In this document: positions 36,657 to 46,761 of the stretch, piece by piece | Layout: every line of letters starts with the position of its first letter | How positions within the stretch are numbered: the stretch's first letter is position 1 | Origin: Parcubacteria group bacterium Athens0714_12 | GTDB taxonomy: Bacteria > Patescibacteriota > Patescibacteriia > UBA2591 > VMGY01 | Length of the DNA stretch: 64,000 nucleotides | Reading direction: 5' to 3' | Assembly (NCBI GenBank): GCA_007378955.1 | Contig: VMGY01000007.1 | Coordinates: forward strand, 8,644-72,643 | The notes under the pieces: model-generated | Told to the model about the DNA's origin: nothing | The model's input: only the letters and a program-made list of their open reading frames with translations | Database searches by the model: none | Program-made: the position numbers and the translations under genes

Positions 36657-38393
36657 ATGATTAAAAGAGATTATCAAAATAAATTACTCAGTATTTTTTT
36701 GGAAGAAGGATTGCTTTCACCAGATCAAATAAATGAATTAAAGAAAGAATCTTTAAAAACCAAACAAAGCATCGAGGATTTAATTAAAACTAAAAAATTA
36801 ATAAAAGAGGATGAATTATTAATGGCAAAAAGCAAATTTTTTAACCTTCCGACAGTGGATCTTTCTAGGGAAATTATTAAAAAAGATGTTTTGGAAATTA
36901 TTCCCAAAGAATTAGCTGAAAATTATCAGATGATCGCTTTTGGTAAAATAGGAAATAAATTAAAGGTGGCAATTGAAGACCCTGATAATTTAAAAGCCAA
37001 AGAGGCAATAGAGTTTTTAGCGCGCAGTAAGGATTTAAAGGTAGAATATTATTTAGCCAGTAAAGAAGTATTATCCAATATTTTACAACGGCACGAAGAG
37101 TCAAAAAAAGAAATAGAAGAAGCTTTGTCAGTGGCCGAAGGCAAGGCAAAAGTTGTTTCAAGAACATCATTAAAGGAGAAAGGTTTTGAGGAAATAATAA
37201 AAGGCGCTCCCATTTCCAAAATAATAAGCGTAATTTTAAGGGACGCGGTGGAGGGGGGAGCTTCTGATGTGCATATTGAGCCAGAGGGAGAGGTAAGTCG
37301 GGTGAGATACAGGGTTGACGGAGTTTTGCGCGTGGTTCTTACCTTGCCTAAATATATACACAGTTCCCTTATTTCAAGAATTAAAGTTTTAGCTAATTTA
37401 AAATTAGATGAAACAAGAATTCCTCAAGATGGAAGAATCAGAGAAATATTTGATAACAAAATAATTGATTTTAGAGTTTCTACCTTTCCTTTATTGGATA
37501 ATGAAAAAGCGGTAATGAGAATTTTAAAAACCGGGGAAGCTCTTACTTTGGAAGAGCTTGGTTTTTGGGGCAAGGGATTGCAAGTAATCGAAAGAAATAT
37601 TCAGAGGCCTTCGGGATTGTTTTTGGTTACCGGGCCGACGGGCAGCGGGAAAACTACCAGCCTTTATTCTGTTTTAAATATACTTAATAAAGAAAGCATT
37701 AATATTATTACCTTGGAAGATCCAATAGAATATTATTTAGAAGGTGTTAATCAGTCGCAGGTAAGGCCGGAAATAGGATTTAATTTTGCTTCCGGCTTAA
37801 GGGCAATTTTGAGGCAAGACCCGAATGTCGTCATGGTGGGAGAAATCAGGGATTTTGAAACAGCGGAATTGGCTATTCACGCGGGTTTAACCGGTCATAT
37901 CGTTCTTTCAACTTTGCACACCAATGATACTTTCGGGGCCGTTCCTCGTTTGATTGATATGAAAATAGAGCCATTTTTAATCGCTTCCACTTTAAATATA
38001 ATAATCGCGCAAAGATTAGTAAGAAAAATTTGTCCTGATTGCAAAGAAGAAGATGTTTTGCCAAAGGGGGTAATAAAAGAAATTTACGCGGAAATAGAAA
38101 ATATTCCTAATTTAGAAAAATATTTGCCTCAAAAAACAGAAAAAATGAAATTTTACAAAGGCAAGGGATGCTCTAATTGTCAAAATAGAGGGTATCAAGG
38201 AAGAATAGCGATTACCGAAGTATTGGATATAACAGACGAGATGAAAGAAATTATTACCAACGGCTGTAAAATAGATGAAGTAAAAAAAGAATTCAAAAAT
38301 CAAGAAATGCTTTCTATGAAGCAAGACGGGATTATAAAAGCAATTAAAGGATTTACTTCTTTGGAAGAAATAATAACCGCGACAAGGACATAG
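36657..38393 (+). CDS. pilB: Type IV pilus assembly ATPase PilB/GspE
   Basis: ASDVHIEP, RIPQDGR, GPTGSGKTT, EDPIEY, LRQDPNVVMVGEIRD, AQRLVRKICPDC, GC..C...GYQGR. Confidence 0.95.
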   Translation: MIKRDYQNKLLSIFLEEGLLSPDQINELKKESLKTKQSIEDLIKTKKLIKEDELLMAKSKFFNLPTVDLSREIIKKDVLEIIPKELAENYQMIAFGKIGNKLKVAIEDPDNLKAKEAIEFLARSKDLKVEYYLASKEVLSNILQRHEESKKEIEEALSVAEGKAKVVSRTSLKEKGFEEIIKGAPISKIISVILRDAVEGGASDVHIEPEGEVSRVRYRVDGVLRVVLTLPKYIHSSLISRIKVLANLKLDETRIPQDGRIREIFDNKIIDFRVSTFPLLDNEKAVMRILKTGEALTLEELGFWGKGLQVIERNIQRPSGLFLVTGPTGSGKTTSLYSVLNILNKESINIITLEDPIEYYLEGVNQSQVRPEIGFNFASGLRAILRQDPNVVMVGEIRDFETAELAIHAGLTGHIVLSTLHTNDTFGAVPRLIDMKIEPFLIASTLNIIIAQRLVRKICPDCKEEDVLPKGVIKEIYAEIENIPNLEKYLPQKTEKMKFYKGKGCSNCQNRGYQGRIAITEVLDITDEMKEIITNGCKIDEVKKEFKNQEMLSMKQDGIIKAIKGFTSLEEIITATRT

Positions 38394-38461
38394 AATAAGA
38401 AATTTCTAATGTTAAATTTCTAATTTCTAATAGAAGATATTAAAATTTAGGATTTTTAATT

Positions 38462-39661
38462 ATGATATTCCAACATAGGTCTAAAAATAAAATAGGAGAA
38501 GATTTTGGCGGATTGGTAGAAGCCTCTTCCATAGATGAAGCAAGCGATCTTTTAAGAGACCGAGGTTTAGTGGTCATTTTTTTAAAAGAGCAAGAATCAG
38601 CGAAATTAGGGCAATTAAAAGTTTTTACCAAAATAAAAAGCAAAGATTTGGTGATTTTTTTTAGGCAATTGTCAGTAATGATTTCATCCGCTTTTCCTAT
38701 AGTCCAAGCCTTGAGAATAGTCGGCAAACAAGTTGAAAATTCTAATTTGAAAATAATAATTTCTGAAATTGCCGATGAGGTTGAAGGAGGAAACAAACTT
38801 TCATCTTCTTTGGCCAAATATTCAAAGATTTTCAGTAATTTTTTTGTTAATATGATAAAAATAGGCGAAAGTTCCGGCAAATTAGATGAAATTCTTAATT
38901 ATTTGGCTGACCAGCAGGAAAAAGATTATGAATTAATGAGTAAGGTAAAAGGAGCAATGACTTATCCAATTTTTGTTTTGTCGGCATCCGTAGTCTTGGG
39001 AATTTTTATGATGACTTTTATGATCCCAAGATTATCAGGCATTTTAGAGGAAACTGGCGCTACGCTTCCTTTGCCTACAAGGATGTTAATTGGGGTAAGT
39101 AATATATTTACTAATTATGGGATAATTCTTTTTATGCTCGTTTTATTTTTCTTTATTTTTTTCAGGCTTTATTTAAAAACCCCCCAAGGAAAATACCAAT
39201 GGGATTATTTTAAGCTGAAAATTCCTGTTTTCGGAATCTTTTTTCAAAAAATTTGCTTAATCCGCTTTACGAGAAGTTTAAATACTTTAATTATCGGGGG
39301 CGTTCCTTTGACAAATAGTTTGGAAATAGTCAGCGAGGTGGTGGATAATAGCGTTTACAGAGATTTAATTAAAAAAACTATCAAAGAAGTGGAAGACGGC
39401 AATCCAATAGCCACTGTTTTTTTGCAAAACAAAACTATCCCCACGATGCTTTCGCAAATGTTGGACGCCGGGGAGCAAACAGGAAAATTAGATGTTGTCC
39501 TAAGCAAATTATCCAGTTTTTATGGGAGGGAAATAGATATTATGATTGATAATTTAATGACTCTTATTGAGCCGATTATTCTTATCGTGATGGGTATAGG
39601 CGTGGGCTTGATGGTGGCGGCGTTTATTTTGCCAATGTATAATTTAGCCGGCAGTTTTTGA
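38462..39661 (+). CDS. pilC: Type IV pilus platform protein PilC/GspF
   Basis: FFRQLSVMI, GE.SG.LDE, AMTYP, LKIPVFG, IEP...ILPMY. Confidence 0.95.
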   Translation: MIFQHRSKNKIGEDFGGLVEASSIDEASDLLRDRGLVVIFLKEQESAKLGQLKVFTKIKSKDLVIFFRQLSVMISSAFPIVQALRIVGKQVENSNLKIIISEIADEVEGGNKLSSSLAKYSKIFSNFFVNMIKIGESSGKLDEILNYLADQQEKDYELMSKVKGAMTYPIFVLSASVVLGIFMMTFMIPRLSGILEETGATLPLPTRMLIGVSNIFTNYGIILFMLVLFFFIFFRLYLKTPQGKYQWDYFKLKIPVFGIFFQKICLIRFTRSLNTLIIGGVPLTNSLEIVSEVVDNSVYRDLIKKTIKEVEDGNPIATVFLQNKTIPTMLSQMLDAGEQTGKLDVVLSKLSSFYGREIDIMIDNLMTLIEPIILIVMGIGVGLMVAAFILPMYNLAGSF

Positions 39662-39683
39662 TTCATTTATTTTATTTTTTAGC

Positions 39684-39692
39684 TGTGGATAA
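39684..39692 (-). promoter_or_regulatory. Perfect DnaA box upstream of the pilin promoter
   Basis: tgtggataa; TATAAT at 39724-39729. Confidence 0.5.
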
Positions 39693-39803
39693 CTAAAAGG
39701 TTTTAAAATAATGTTTTTTATTGTATAATAAAGATAATAATTAATATTCGCGATAATAAGAATACATTAATTCGCGATCAAGGAGAGGGGGTGAAAAAAA
39801 TAA

Positions 39804-40259
39804 ATGAAAAGAAAAGGTTTTACGTTAATTGAGTTATTGGTGGTTATCGCTATCATTGGCTTGCTTTCCACTTTAGCAGTCACTGCTTTAGGCGGAGCAA
39901 GAAAGAAAGCGAGAGACGCCAGAAGATTGTCTGATATTAAGCAGATTCAAACAGCCTTGGAAATGTACGCGTCAGATTCAGGAACTTATCCGATCACGGC
40001 TGGCGGCATCACTTACACAGACATAGGTGTAACTGGAGGAAGTCTTGTCTGTTTGAGCAGCGGCGGTTTCGGAGCAACGGGTTGCGCGAATGCTTATATG
40101 GCAAAAATCCCCGCGGGTCCCAATACCAGTGAATATTATAAATATTCAGCAGCGGCAGCCAGCACTACTTATAATATCCGCTACACCTTAGAGCAAGCCG
40201 TAGGAGACATCACGGAAGGCATGCATTATGCCAATCCCGGAGGCGTTGCTAATCCATAA
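39804..40259 (+). CDS. Type IV pilin (probable major pilin)
   Basis: KG/FTLIELLVVIAIIGLL, ARDARRLSDIKQIQTALEMY; own promoter, strong SD and terminator. Confidence 0.92.
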   Translation: MKRKGFTLIELLVVIAIIGLLSTLAVTALGGARKKARDARRLSDIKQIQTALEMYASDSGTYPITAGGITYTDIGVTGGSLVCLSSGGFGATGCANAYMAKIPAGPNTSEYYKYSAAAASTTYNIRYTLEQAVGDITEGMHYANPGGVANP

Positions 40260-40290
40260 TAACATTTAAGTCCTAGGCCTTAGGTGTTTT

Positions 40291-40323
40291 AATCCCCATT
40301 GTTCTCTATAAGCAATGGGGATT
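40291..40323 (+). terminator. Intrinsic terminator after pilin
   Basis: aatccccattg...caatggggatt stem followed by T-rich tail. Confidence 0.7.
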
Positions 40324-40358
40324 TGCTTTGTTTTTCCAAGATAGCATATAATTAAAAT

Positions 40359-42551
40359 ATGCGGGAAAGAATAGAAAAATATATTGAAATAATTTTAGAA
40401 GTTTTTTGGCTTCTAATTATTTTTTTGATTCCCATTTATTTTAACTGGTATCATAGTTATTCTGTTTTTGAGCTGGGCAAAATCGTTGTTTTCAGGGTCT
40501 TGGTTGAAATAATGCTTTTGTTTTTTTTGCTTAAAATTTTGTTTTTTAAATTAAAAACAAAGGTATATTTCAAAAAACTTTTACCATTTTTTGCCTTTTT
40601 TTTAGTTGTTTCTTTGGCTACTTTTTTCTCTTCGCATTTTTATATCAGCTTCTGGGGCTCTTTTTTTAGATATTTGGGGCTTTTTAGCTTATTCCATTAT
40701 TTTATTTTTTTCTTAATTTTAGTTTTTTGTTTAAAAACAGAAGCGCAGATAAAAAGAATTATTTTAGCTGTTTTATTTTCTTCTTTGGTTGTTTGTTTAT
40801 ACGCTTGTTTGCAAATATTCGGATTAGACCTTTTTTCTTGGTCAGAAGAAGGTTTGCGCGCGACTTCTACTTTCGGCCAGCCGAATTTTTTAGGAAGTTT
40901 TTTAATTTTAGTTTTTCCTTTAACGATTGCCGGCTTTAAGTTTTGGCAATCTTCCCTAATGAGGCTTTTTTTGATTGTCAGCGGCTTGCTGCAAATTTTT
41001 GTTTTGATTTTTACTTTCAGCCGAAGTTCTTGGCTGGGTTTTCTGGGTGCTATTTTTTTTCTCCTCGCCTTTTATTTTTATTTGGCGGGAAAAAGAAAAT
41101 CGCGCCTTTTAATTTATTTAATAATATTTTTAAGTTTATTGGCGTCAATTTTTTTAATTTCCAATAATTATTTAGTTAATTCAGACAATCTTTTTTTTAG
41201 CAGGATTGCCTCTGTTGTTGATTTTAACGCCCCGACGGCGAAAATAAGGTTATTGTATTGGAAAGCGGCCCCGCAAATTATAAAGGAATGGCCGGTTTTG
41301 GGATATGGGCCAGACACTCAAATTTTTCCTTTTGTTGAGCATTATTCGCCAGAAGCTTCTATTTATGAAGCGATAAATTCCCATCCGGACAGGGCGCATA
41401 ATGAAATTTTGGATATTTTGATCACCACCGGCATTTTAGGTTTAATAAGCTATCTTTTTTTGATTGGCGGTATTTTTTATCAAGGCTTGAAGAAAAAATC
41501 GTTTTTTGCCGCGATTCTGCTTTCTGCTCTTTTTGGACATTTTATCGCCAACCAATTTGGCTTTTTTACCATCGCGGATTTGCTTTATTTCTGGTTGATT
41601 TTAGCTTTGATTACGATTATAGTTAATAAAGATAATCAAGAGAAAGAATACCGATTGAATTTTAGTTTAATTTCCAAATTATTGATTTTATCCGCTTTTT
41701 TGGGCGCTTCTTTTATTTTAATTAAGTATAAAAATATAAATTTACTGATTGCGGATTATCATTTTTATCAAAGCAGAAAAGAGGTTAGAGACAAGGAATT
41801 AGTAAAACTTTTAGACCGATATGAAGAAATATATAAATATAATTTTTACGAATCTTATTATTACCGCCAGGAAGCGGAAGATGTTTTAAATTTAACGGCT
41901 AAATTTAAAGACAAGAATTTAAAAAAAGACATTTTAGAAATTGTTTTTAAAAATTTTAATGATATACCCGAAGATACGCAAGCAATTGAGTTTTTGCTTT
42001 TAAAAGGGCAATTATTATCTGCCTATGGAGAAATAGAGCCGGCTAAATTTGAGGAAGCGGAAGAAGTGTTTTTAAAGCTTTCGCAAACAGCGCCGCGAAT
42101 GGCGGTCATTTACAATGATTGGGGAAGGATGTATTTATTGAAAAAAGATTATGAAAAAGCGATAGAAAAGCTGGAAAAAGCATTAATTTTATACCCGATA
42201 AATCATCCTGACATAGATTGCTGCAACCGCAGGTCGCAGATTGAAAAAGAAATGAGCGTGGTTTATCATAATTTAGGCGATGTTTATTTTTTTCAGAAAG
42301 ATTACCAAAAAGCGATAGAAAATTATGAATCAGGGCTTAAATTACAACCTCTTGAACCTTTATTTCATAAAAAACTGGCCGACGTTTATTATTTGGAAGG
42401 AAATTTAGAGCAAGCAATCAAAGAAAATTTGAACGGTTTGAGATTGGAGCCGAAAAATAAAGATTGGTATGAAAATTTGATTTTGCTTTATCAAGAAAAA
42501 AAAGATTTAAAGAAAGTTAAAGAATACCAAGATAAAATTTCAAAGTTATGA
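40359..42551 (+). CDS. O-antigen ligase-like protein with C-terminal TPRs (probable pilin oligosaccharyltransferase)
   Basis: RATSTFGQPNFLG, TFSRSSWLG, R...W......P.LGYG, DRAHNEILD; TPRs; directly after the pilin. Confidence 0.85.
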   Translation: MRERIEKYIEIILEVFWLLIIFLIPIYFNWYHSYSVFELGKIVVFRVLVEIMLLFFLLKILFFKLKTKVYFKKLLPFFAFFLVVSLATFFSSHFYISFWGSFFRYLGLFSLFHYFIFFLILVFCLKTEAQIKRIILAVLFSSLVVCLYACLQIFGLDLFSWSEEGLRATSTFGQPNFLGSFLILVFPLTIAGFKFWQSSLMRLFLIVSGLLQIFVLIFTFSRSSWLGFLGAIFFLLAFYFYLAGKRKSRLLIYLIIFLSLLASIFLISNNYLVNSDNLFFSRIASVVDFNAPTAKIRLLYWKAAPQIIKEWPVLGYGPDTQIFPFVEHYSPEASIYEAINSHPDRAHNEILDILITTGILGLISYLFLIGGIFYQGLKKKSFFAAILLSALFGHFIANQFGFFTIADLLYFWLILALITIIVNKDNQEKEYRLNFSLISKLLILSAFLGASFILIKYKNINLLIADYHFYQSRKEVRDKELVKLLDRYEEIYKYNFYESYYYRQEAEDVLNLTAKFKDKNLKKDILEIVFKNFNDIPEDTQAIEFLLLKGQLLSAYGEIEPAKFEEAEEVFLKLSQTAPRMAVIYNDWGRMYLLKKDYEKAIEKLEKALILYPINHPDIDCCNRRSQIEKEMSVVYHNLGDVYFFQKDYQKAIENYESGLKLQPLEPLFHKKLADVYYLEGNLEQAIKENLNGLRLEPKNKDWYENLILLYQEKKDLKKVKEYQDKISKL

Positions 42552-43426
42552 TTAGTTATCTTATAAATTTTTTAAAAGTAAAATTGCATAAATTAAAAAG
42601 GATGCTTTCTTTGCCGAGGGAATGGCTTGTTTTAGATATTGGGAGCGGCAATGGTCCTTTTCCGAGAGCGGACGTTTTGTGCGATAAATACATTGAAGAT
42701 ACGCAAAGGGTTGATAAATTAGTTATTGACCGGCCGTTTGTCATTGGGGACATAAACGCTTTGCCTTTTTTGGATAATAGTTTTGATTTTATATTTTGTT
42801 CGCATATATTGGAGCATACGGATAATCCGGAAATAGCCATAAAAGAACTTATGAGAGTGGGGAAAAGAGGATATATTGAAGCACCGACCGAATTCCAGGA
42901 AAAAATGCAAAGCACTTTTTCGCATAAATGGCTTATCAAAAAAGAGGGAGAAGCTCTCATTTTTTGGGAAAAAGAAAAAGAGATCTTTGATGAATGCCTT
43001 CAGAAAAATATTAGAAATTTAATAGATAAAAACGACAAAGCGTATTTAACTTTTTTTTATAGACATCATAATTTATTTAACATAGAGCATTATTGGGAAA
43101 AAGAAATAAAATTTAAAGTTTTGAGGCGAAATATTGACACAAAAGATGATATAAAAGAATCTGTATTTTCTCGCCAACAACTTCTGGCGCAGATAGATAA
43201 AAATAGCTCTAAAATTCCTTTTGGTTTTAGGCGTTTTTTAAAATTTATGATAAAAATTATTTTTACTAAAGGGAAAAATATTGATTTATTACAACTTTTA
43301 GCTTGCCCAAAGTGTAAAAATAAAATGAGTCTTTTAGAAAAAGACGTATTAGCATGCAGCTCTTGTGATAGTAAATTTTTAATTCATAAAAATATACCAA
43401 TTATGCTAAAAGAATATATTTTATGA
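42548..43426 (+). CDS. SAM-dependent methyltransferase with C-terminal Trm112-like Zn domain
   Basis: VLDIGSG, LPF.DNSFD...CSHILEH; LLACPKCK...L.C..C...F.I..NIP.ML. Confidence 0.85.
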   Translation: MISYLINFLKVKLHKLKRMLSLPREWLVLDIGSGNGPFPRADVLCDKYIEDTQRVDKLVIDRPFVIGDINALPFLDNSFDFIFCSHILEHTDNPEIAIKELMRVGKRGYIEAPTEFQEKMQSTFSHKWLIKKEGEALIFWEKEKEIFDECLQKNIRNLIDKNDKAYLTFFYRHHNLFNIEHYWEKEIKFKVLRRNIDTKDDIKESVFSRQQLLAQIDKNSSKIPFGFRRFLKFMIKIIFTKGKNIDLLQLLACPKCKNKMSLLEKDVLACSSCDSKFLIHKNIPIMLKEYIL

Positions 43427-44316
43427 CCGGTATCAGACTTTCTATAATAATCGTAAATTATAATACAGACACGCTTTTGAAAGATTGCTTGAATTCTATT
43501 TTTCAATATCCGCCGAAAAAGCAGTTTGAAATAATAGTTATAGACAATGGTTCCACGGATGATAGTGTTATAATGCTCGAAAAAGATTTCTCTAATATTC
43601 AATTGATAAAAAATAATTCTAATCTTGGGTTTGCCAAAGCAAATAATATAGGAATAAAATTAAGCCAAGGCGACTATGTTCTTCTTTTAAATAGCGATAC
43701 CTTAATTTTGCCTGAATCCCTTAATAAAATAATAAATTATATGGACTCTCATTTGTCGGTGGGAATATTGGGTCCAAGATTGACAGGGTTGAATGGAGAA
43801 ACTTTGCAGATGTCTTGGTGCGGAGCGCCCATTTCTTTAAGCGGGGAGATTGTTATAAAACTTTTTTCGCCAAAATATATTTCTAAATACAGGTTCGCGC
43901 GTTTTATAGTAGATTATATCCAAAGACGAGAAAGGAAAGTCATGCATATTGCGGGAGCTAGTATGATAATCAGAAAAAAAGTTTTTAAAGATATTGGCTT
44001 GCTTGATGAGAATTTTTTTCTTTTTTTCGAGGAACCTGATTTTTGTTGGCGAGCGCGAAAAAAATGTTGGGATGTAGTTTTTAATCCAGACATTAAAGTT
44101 ATTCATAAATTAGGTTCATCAACGAAAAAATTGGGCAGTTCAGTTATGATACATTATAGAAAGAGTCAACTTTATTTTTACAAAAAACACCATTCAAAAT
44201 ATCAACAAAATTGCTTAAGATTATATTTACTGATTAAGTTTCACGCCTTAAAAATTTTACATCAAAAAAACGCGGAAATTTATAATCAACTAATTAAATT
44301 AGTGAAAGAGTCATAA
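43423..44316 (+). CDS. Glycosyltransferase family 2
   Basis: SIIIVNYN, IDNGSTDDS, NLGFAKANN, LLNSD, FFLFFEEPDFC. Confidence 0.92.
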   Translation: MTGIRLSIIIVNYNTDTLLKDCLNSIFQYPPKKQFEIIVIDNGSTDDSVIMLEKDFSNIQLIKNNSNLGFAKANNIGIKLSQGDYVLLLNSDTLILPESLNKIINYMDSHLSVGILGPRLTGLNGETLQMSWCGAPISLSGEIVIKLFSPKYISKYRFARFIVDYIQRRERKVMHIAGASMIIRKKVFKDIGLLDENFFLFFEEPDFCWRARKKCWDVVFNPDIKVIHKLGSSTKKLGSSVMIHYRKSQLYFYKKHHSKYQQNCLRLYLLIKFHALKILHQKNAEIYNQLIKLVKES

Positions 44317-44498
44317 AATAAAGCCAATTTATTTTTTTAAAGGAATTCAGCATCCAATGAGGTTTTGATAATAATATTATTTTTGGCGGAACGAGGCGCG
44401 TCAAAAAATGTATGAAAATTTTTGTAATAAGTTTATAATTAATAATAAAAAGAGCGGTTGTCAGATGTTGGCGACTGCGCGGGATATTTTAAAAAGCA

Positions 44499-45293
44499 AT
44501 GAAAATAACAAGCGAGCAAATAAAAAAAATTAGAAAAATTAGTTTTGGAAAGAAATTGCCGTTAAATAGCAAGCTGTTGGAAATAGCGGATAATGTTGAT
44601 AGCCATTTTTTTTTAAAAAATCCGGCGGGACAAAATATTTTTATATATTTAATTGAGTACGTGAAAAATTTTTCTGAATACTGGTTTGATAAAAATTTAG
44701 GCCAGCTAAAAATATTGGATTGGGGATGCGGCAAGGGACAAGTTTCATTTCTCCTTAAAGAAAATGGCGCCAAGGCGGTTAGCTGCGACATAAAAATAGA
44801 GACAGATGATTCATCGTTTGGGCAAGAAACGCCAATTATAAAGAAAGCCGGCATTGAAGTAATTCCATTAAAACATGAATATGTTCTGCCTTTTCAGCGC
44901 GAGGAATTTGATGTCGTATTAAGTTTCGGGGTTTTGGAACATACTTCCAATGATCTCGAGTCATTGAAAGAAATTAATAGAATTTTGAAGCCCTCGGGAT
45001 TGTTTTTCTGTTTCAATCTCCCTTATTTTTTATCATGGACGCAAAGATTATCGCATCTTTTGGGTAATTTTTATCATCATAGATTATATAGTAAAAAATT
45101 AACCAAAAATCTTCTTAATAAAAGCGGTTTTAATTTAATTGATATATGGCGCAGGCAGCTTTTTCCTAAAAACACGGTAAAATATCCCGAATATCATCTA
45201 TTTGAGAGTTTAGATCAATTTTTAACCAATTATACTTTCTTAAAATATTTTGCCACGAATATAGAATTTGTGGCTGAAAAAAGATATTTTTAA
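44499..45293 (+). CDS. Class I SAM-dependent methyltransferase
   Basis: ILDWGCGKG, LPF..EEFDVV...GVLEH, EINRILKPSG. Confidence 0.88.
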   Translation: MKITSEQIKKIRKISFGKKLPLNSKLLEIADNVDSHFFLKNPAGQNIFIYLIEYVKNFSEYWFDKNLGQLKILDWGCGKGQVSFLLKENGAKAVSCDIKIETDDSSFGQETPIIKKAGIEVIPLKHEYVLPFQREEFDVVLSFGVLEHTSNDLESLKEINRILKPSGLFFCFNLPYFLSWTQRLSHLLGNFYHHRLYSKKLTKNLLNKSGFNLIDIWRRQLFPKNTVKYPEYHLFESLDQFLTNYTFLKYFATNIEFVAEKRYF

Positions 45294-45296
45294 AAA

Positions 45297-46130
45297 ATGA
45301 TTTTTATAATTTTTATTTTTGGTTTAATGGCGGGCAGTTTTATCAACTGTATCCTTTATCGCCTTGAACAGAACCAGTCTTTTATTAAAGGCCGTTCTTA
45401 TTGCCCTCATTGCAAGCATCAATTGGGTTTTTGGGATTTGATTCCGATTTTCAGCTTTATTTTTTTAAAAGCCAAATGCCGCTATTGCCAGAAAAAAATT
45501 TCCTGGCAATATCCCTTAATAGAAATTATTACCGGCATAATTTTTATTTTTGTTTATTTAGAGACTAAAGTCTCTATTCCTTTTATAGGCGAGATGATTA
45601 TATCCAAGGGAATAGAGGCTTTAGCCTCTTTTAATTATTTAATTTTATTCCGGAATTTATTTTTTAGCGCGGTTTTGATTATAATTTTTGTTTATGACCT
45701 AAAACATCAGCTTGTTTCTGAGAAAATTGTTATTCCGGCAATAATTATTGCCTTGACATTTAATTTTTTTATGAAAATCAGCCCCATAGGAATCCCTGCG
45801 GGATCTTACGGGGTGAACTGGCTTGATTTGCTTTTAGGAGTTATAATAGGAAGTAGTTTCTTTTTATCGCAATATTTAATTTCCAAAGGCAGATGGATCG
45901 GTTTTGGCGATGTTTATCTCGGTTTTATGATGGGCGCGATGCTTGGCTGGCAAAAAGTGATTTTGGCGATTATTTTAGCTTATTTTATTGGCGCGATGAT
46001 CGCTGTAATTTTAATTATTCTTAAAAAAGAATCTTGGAAAAGCAAAATTGCCCTAGGCCCATTTCTGATGATAGGAACATTTATCGCCTTGCTGTATGGA
46101 AATAAAATTTTAGAATGGTATTTGGGATAA
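45297..46130 (+). CDS. pilD: Prepilin peptidase (A24)
   Basis: GSFINC...R, RSYCPHC, LIPIFS.....KCRYC, YP.IE, YDLK, G.GD, GPF. Confidence 0.94.
   Translation: MIFIIFIFGLMAGSFINCILYRLEQNQSFIKGRSYCPHCKHQLGFWDLIPIFSFIFLKAKCRYCQKKISWQYPLIEIITGIIFIFVYLETKVSIPFIGEMIISKGIEALASFNYLILFRNLFFSAVLIIIFVYDLKHQLVSEKIVIPAIIIALTFNFFMKISPIGIPAGSYGVNWLDLLLGVIIGSSFFLSQYLISKGRWIGFGDVYLGFMMGAMLGWQKVILAIILAYFIGAMIAVILIILKKESWKSKIALGPFLMIGTFIALLYGNKILEWYLG
45561..45628. repeat. REP-doublet-like inverted repeat inside pilD, in frame
   Basis: gagactaaagtctctattcc / ggaatagaggctttagcctc, 18/20, each arm itself a hairpin. Confidence 0.75.
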
Positions 46131-46201
46131 AATTTAAATTTTATTTATCATTTGTTTTTAATAATTAAACATAGTCTTAAATTTGAAAATAGAAAAATAA
46201 C

Positions 46202-46714
46202 ATGGAGCAAGATATCAACATCGCAATAAAAAAAGGCTTCACTTTGATTGAATTAATAGTAACAATATCTATTATGACCCTTTTGATTACTTTGTCGATG
46301 GCTAATTATAAAGAAGAGGGAGTTAAAAATGATGTAAATTTTCAAGCTCAAAAATTTTCCGGCGTCTTGAAAGAAGCGCAAATAATGGCTTTAACGGGAG
46401 AAAAAGTGGATGGTTCGCGTCCCGCAAGTTATGGGGTTTATATTTTAGATTTTAATACATATATACTTTTCGCCGATAAAGACGGCAGTTATAGCAGAAA
46501 TGTTGGCGATAAAGACATTAAATCATTTGATTTGCCAAGAGGCGTCAATATTGATTCCATTGGAGAGGACGCGGTTTTTATACCGCCAAGCGCGGATATT
46601 TATATCGGCCCGGCATTAACAACCCATACTTTTAAATTTAATTTTAATGCTCGATGCCGAATGGTTTATATTAATTCTATAAGCGGAAGAATTGACATAG
46701 AAAATTGCCCATAA
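46202..46714 (+). CDS. Minor pilin (prepilin-type N-terminal cleavage/methylation)
   Basis: KG/FTLIELIVTISI. Confidence 0.88.
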   Translation: MEQDINIAIKKGFTLIELIVTISIMTLLITLSMANYKEEGVKNDVNFQAQKFSGVLKEAQIMALTGEKVDGSRPASYGVYILDFNTYILFADKDGSYSRNVGDKDIKSFDLPRGVNIDSIGEDAVFIPPSADIYIGPALTTHTFKFNFNARCRMVYINSISGRIDIENCP

Positions 46715-46761
46715 ATAATTGGTTTATAATTTTTAAATATTGTGTTAAAATTTATAAAGAT

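Noticed and set aside
44454-44478. SAM riboswitch ahead of the methyltransferase
   Set aside because: Only a single G-U-rich hairpin, with no SAM-I/II/III consensus.
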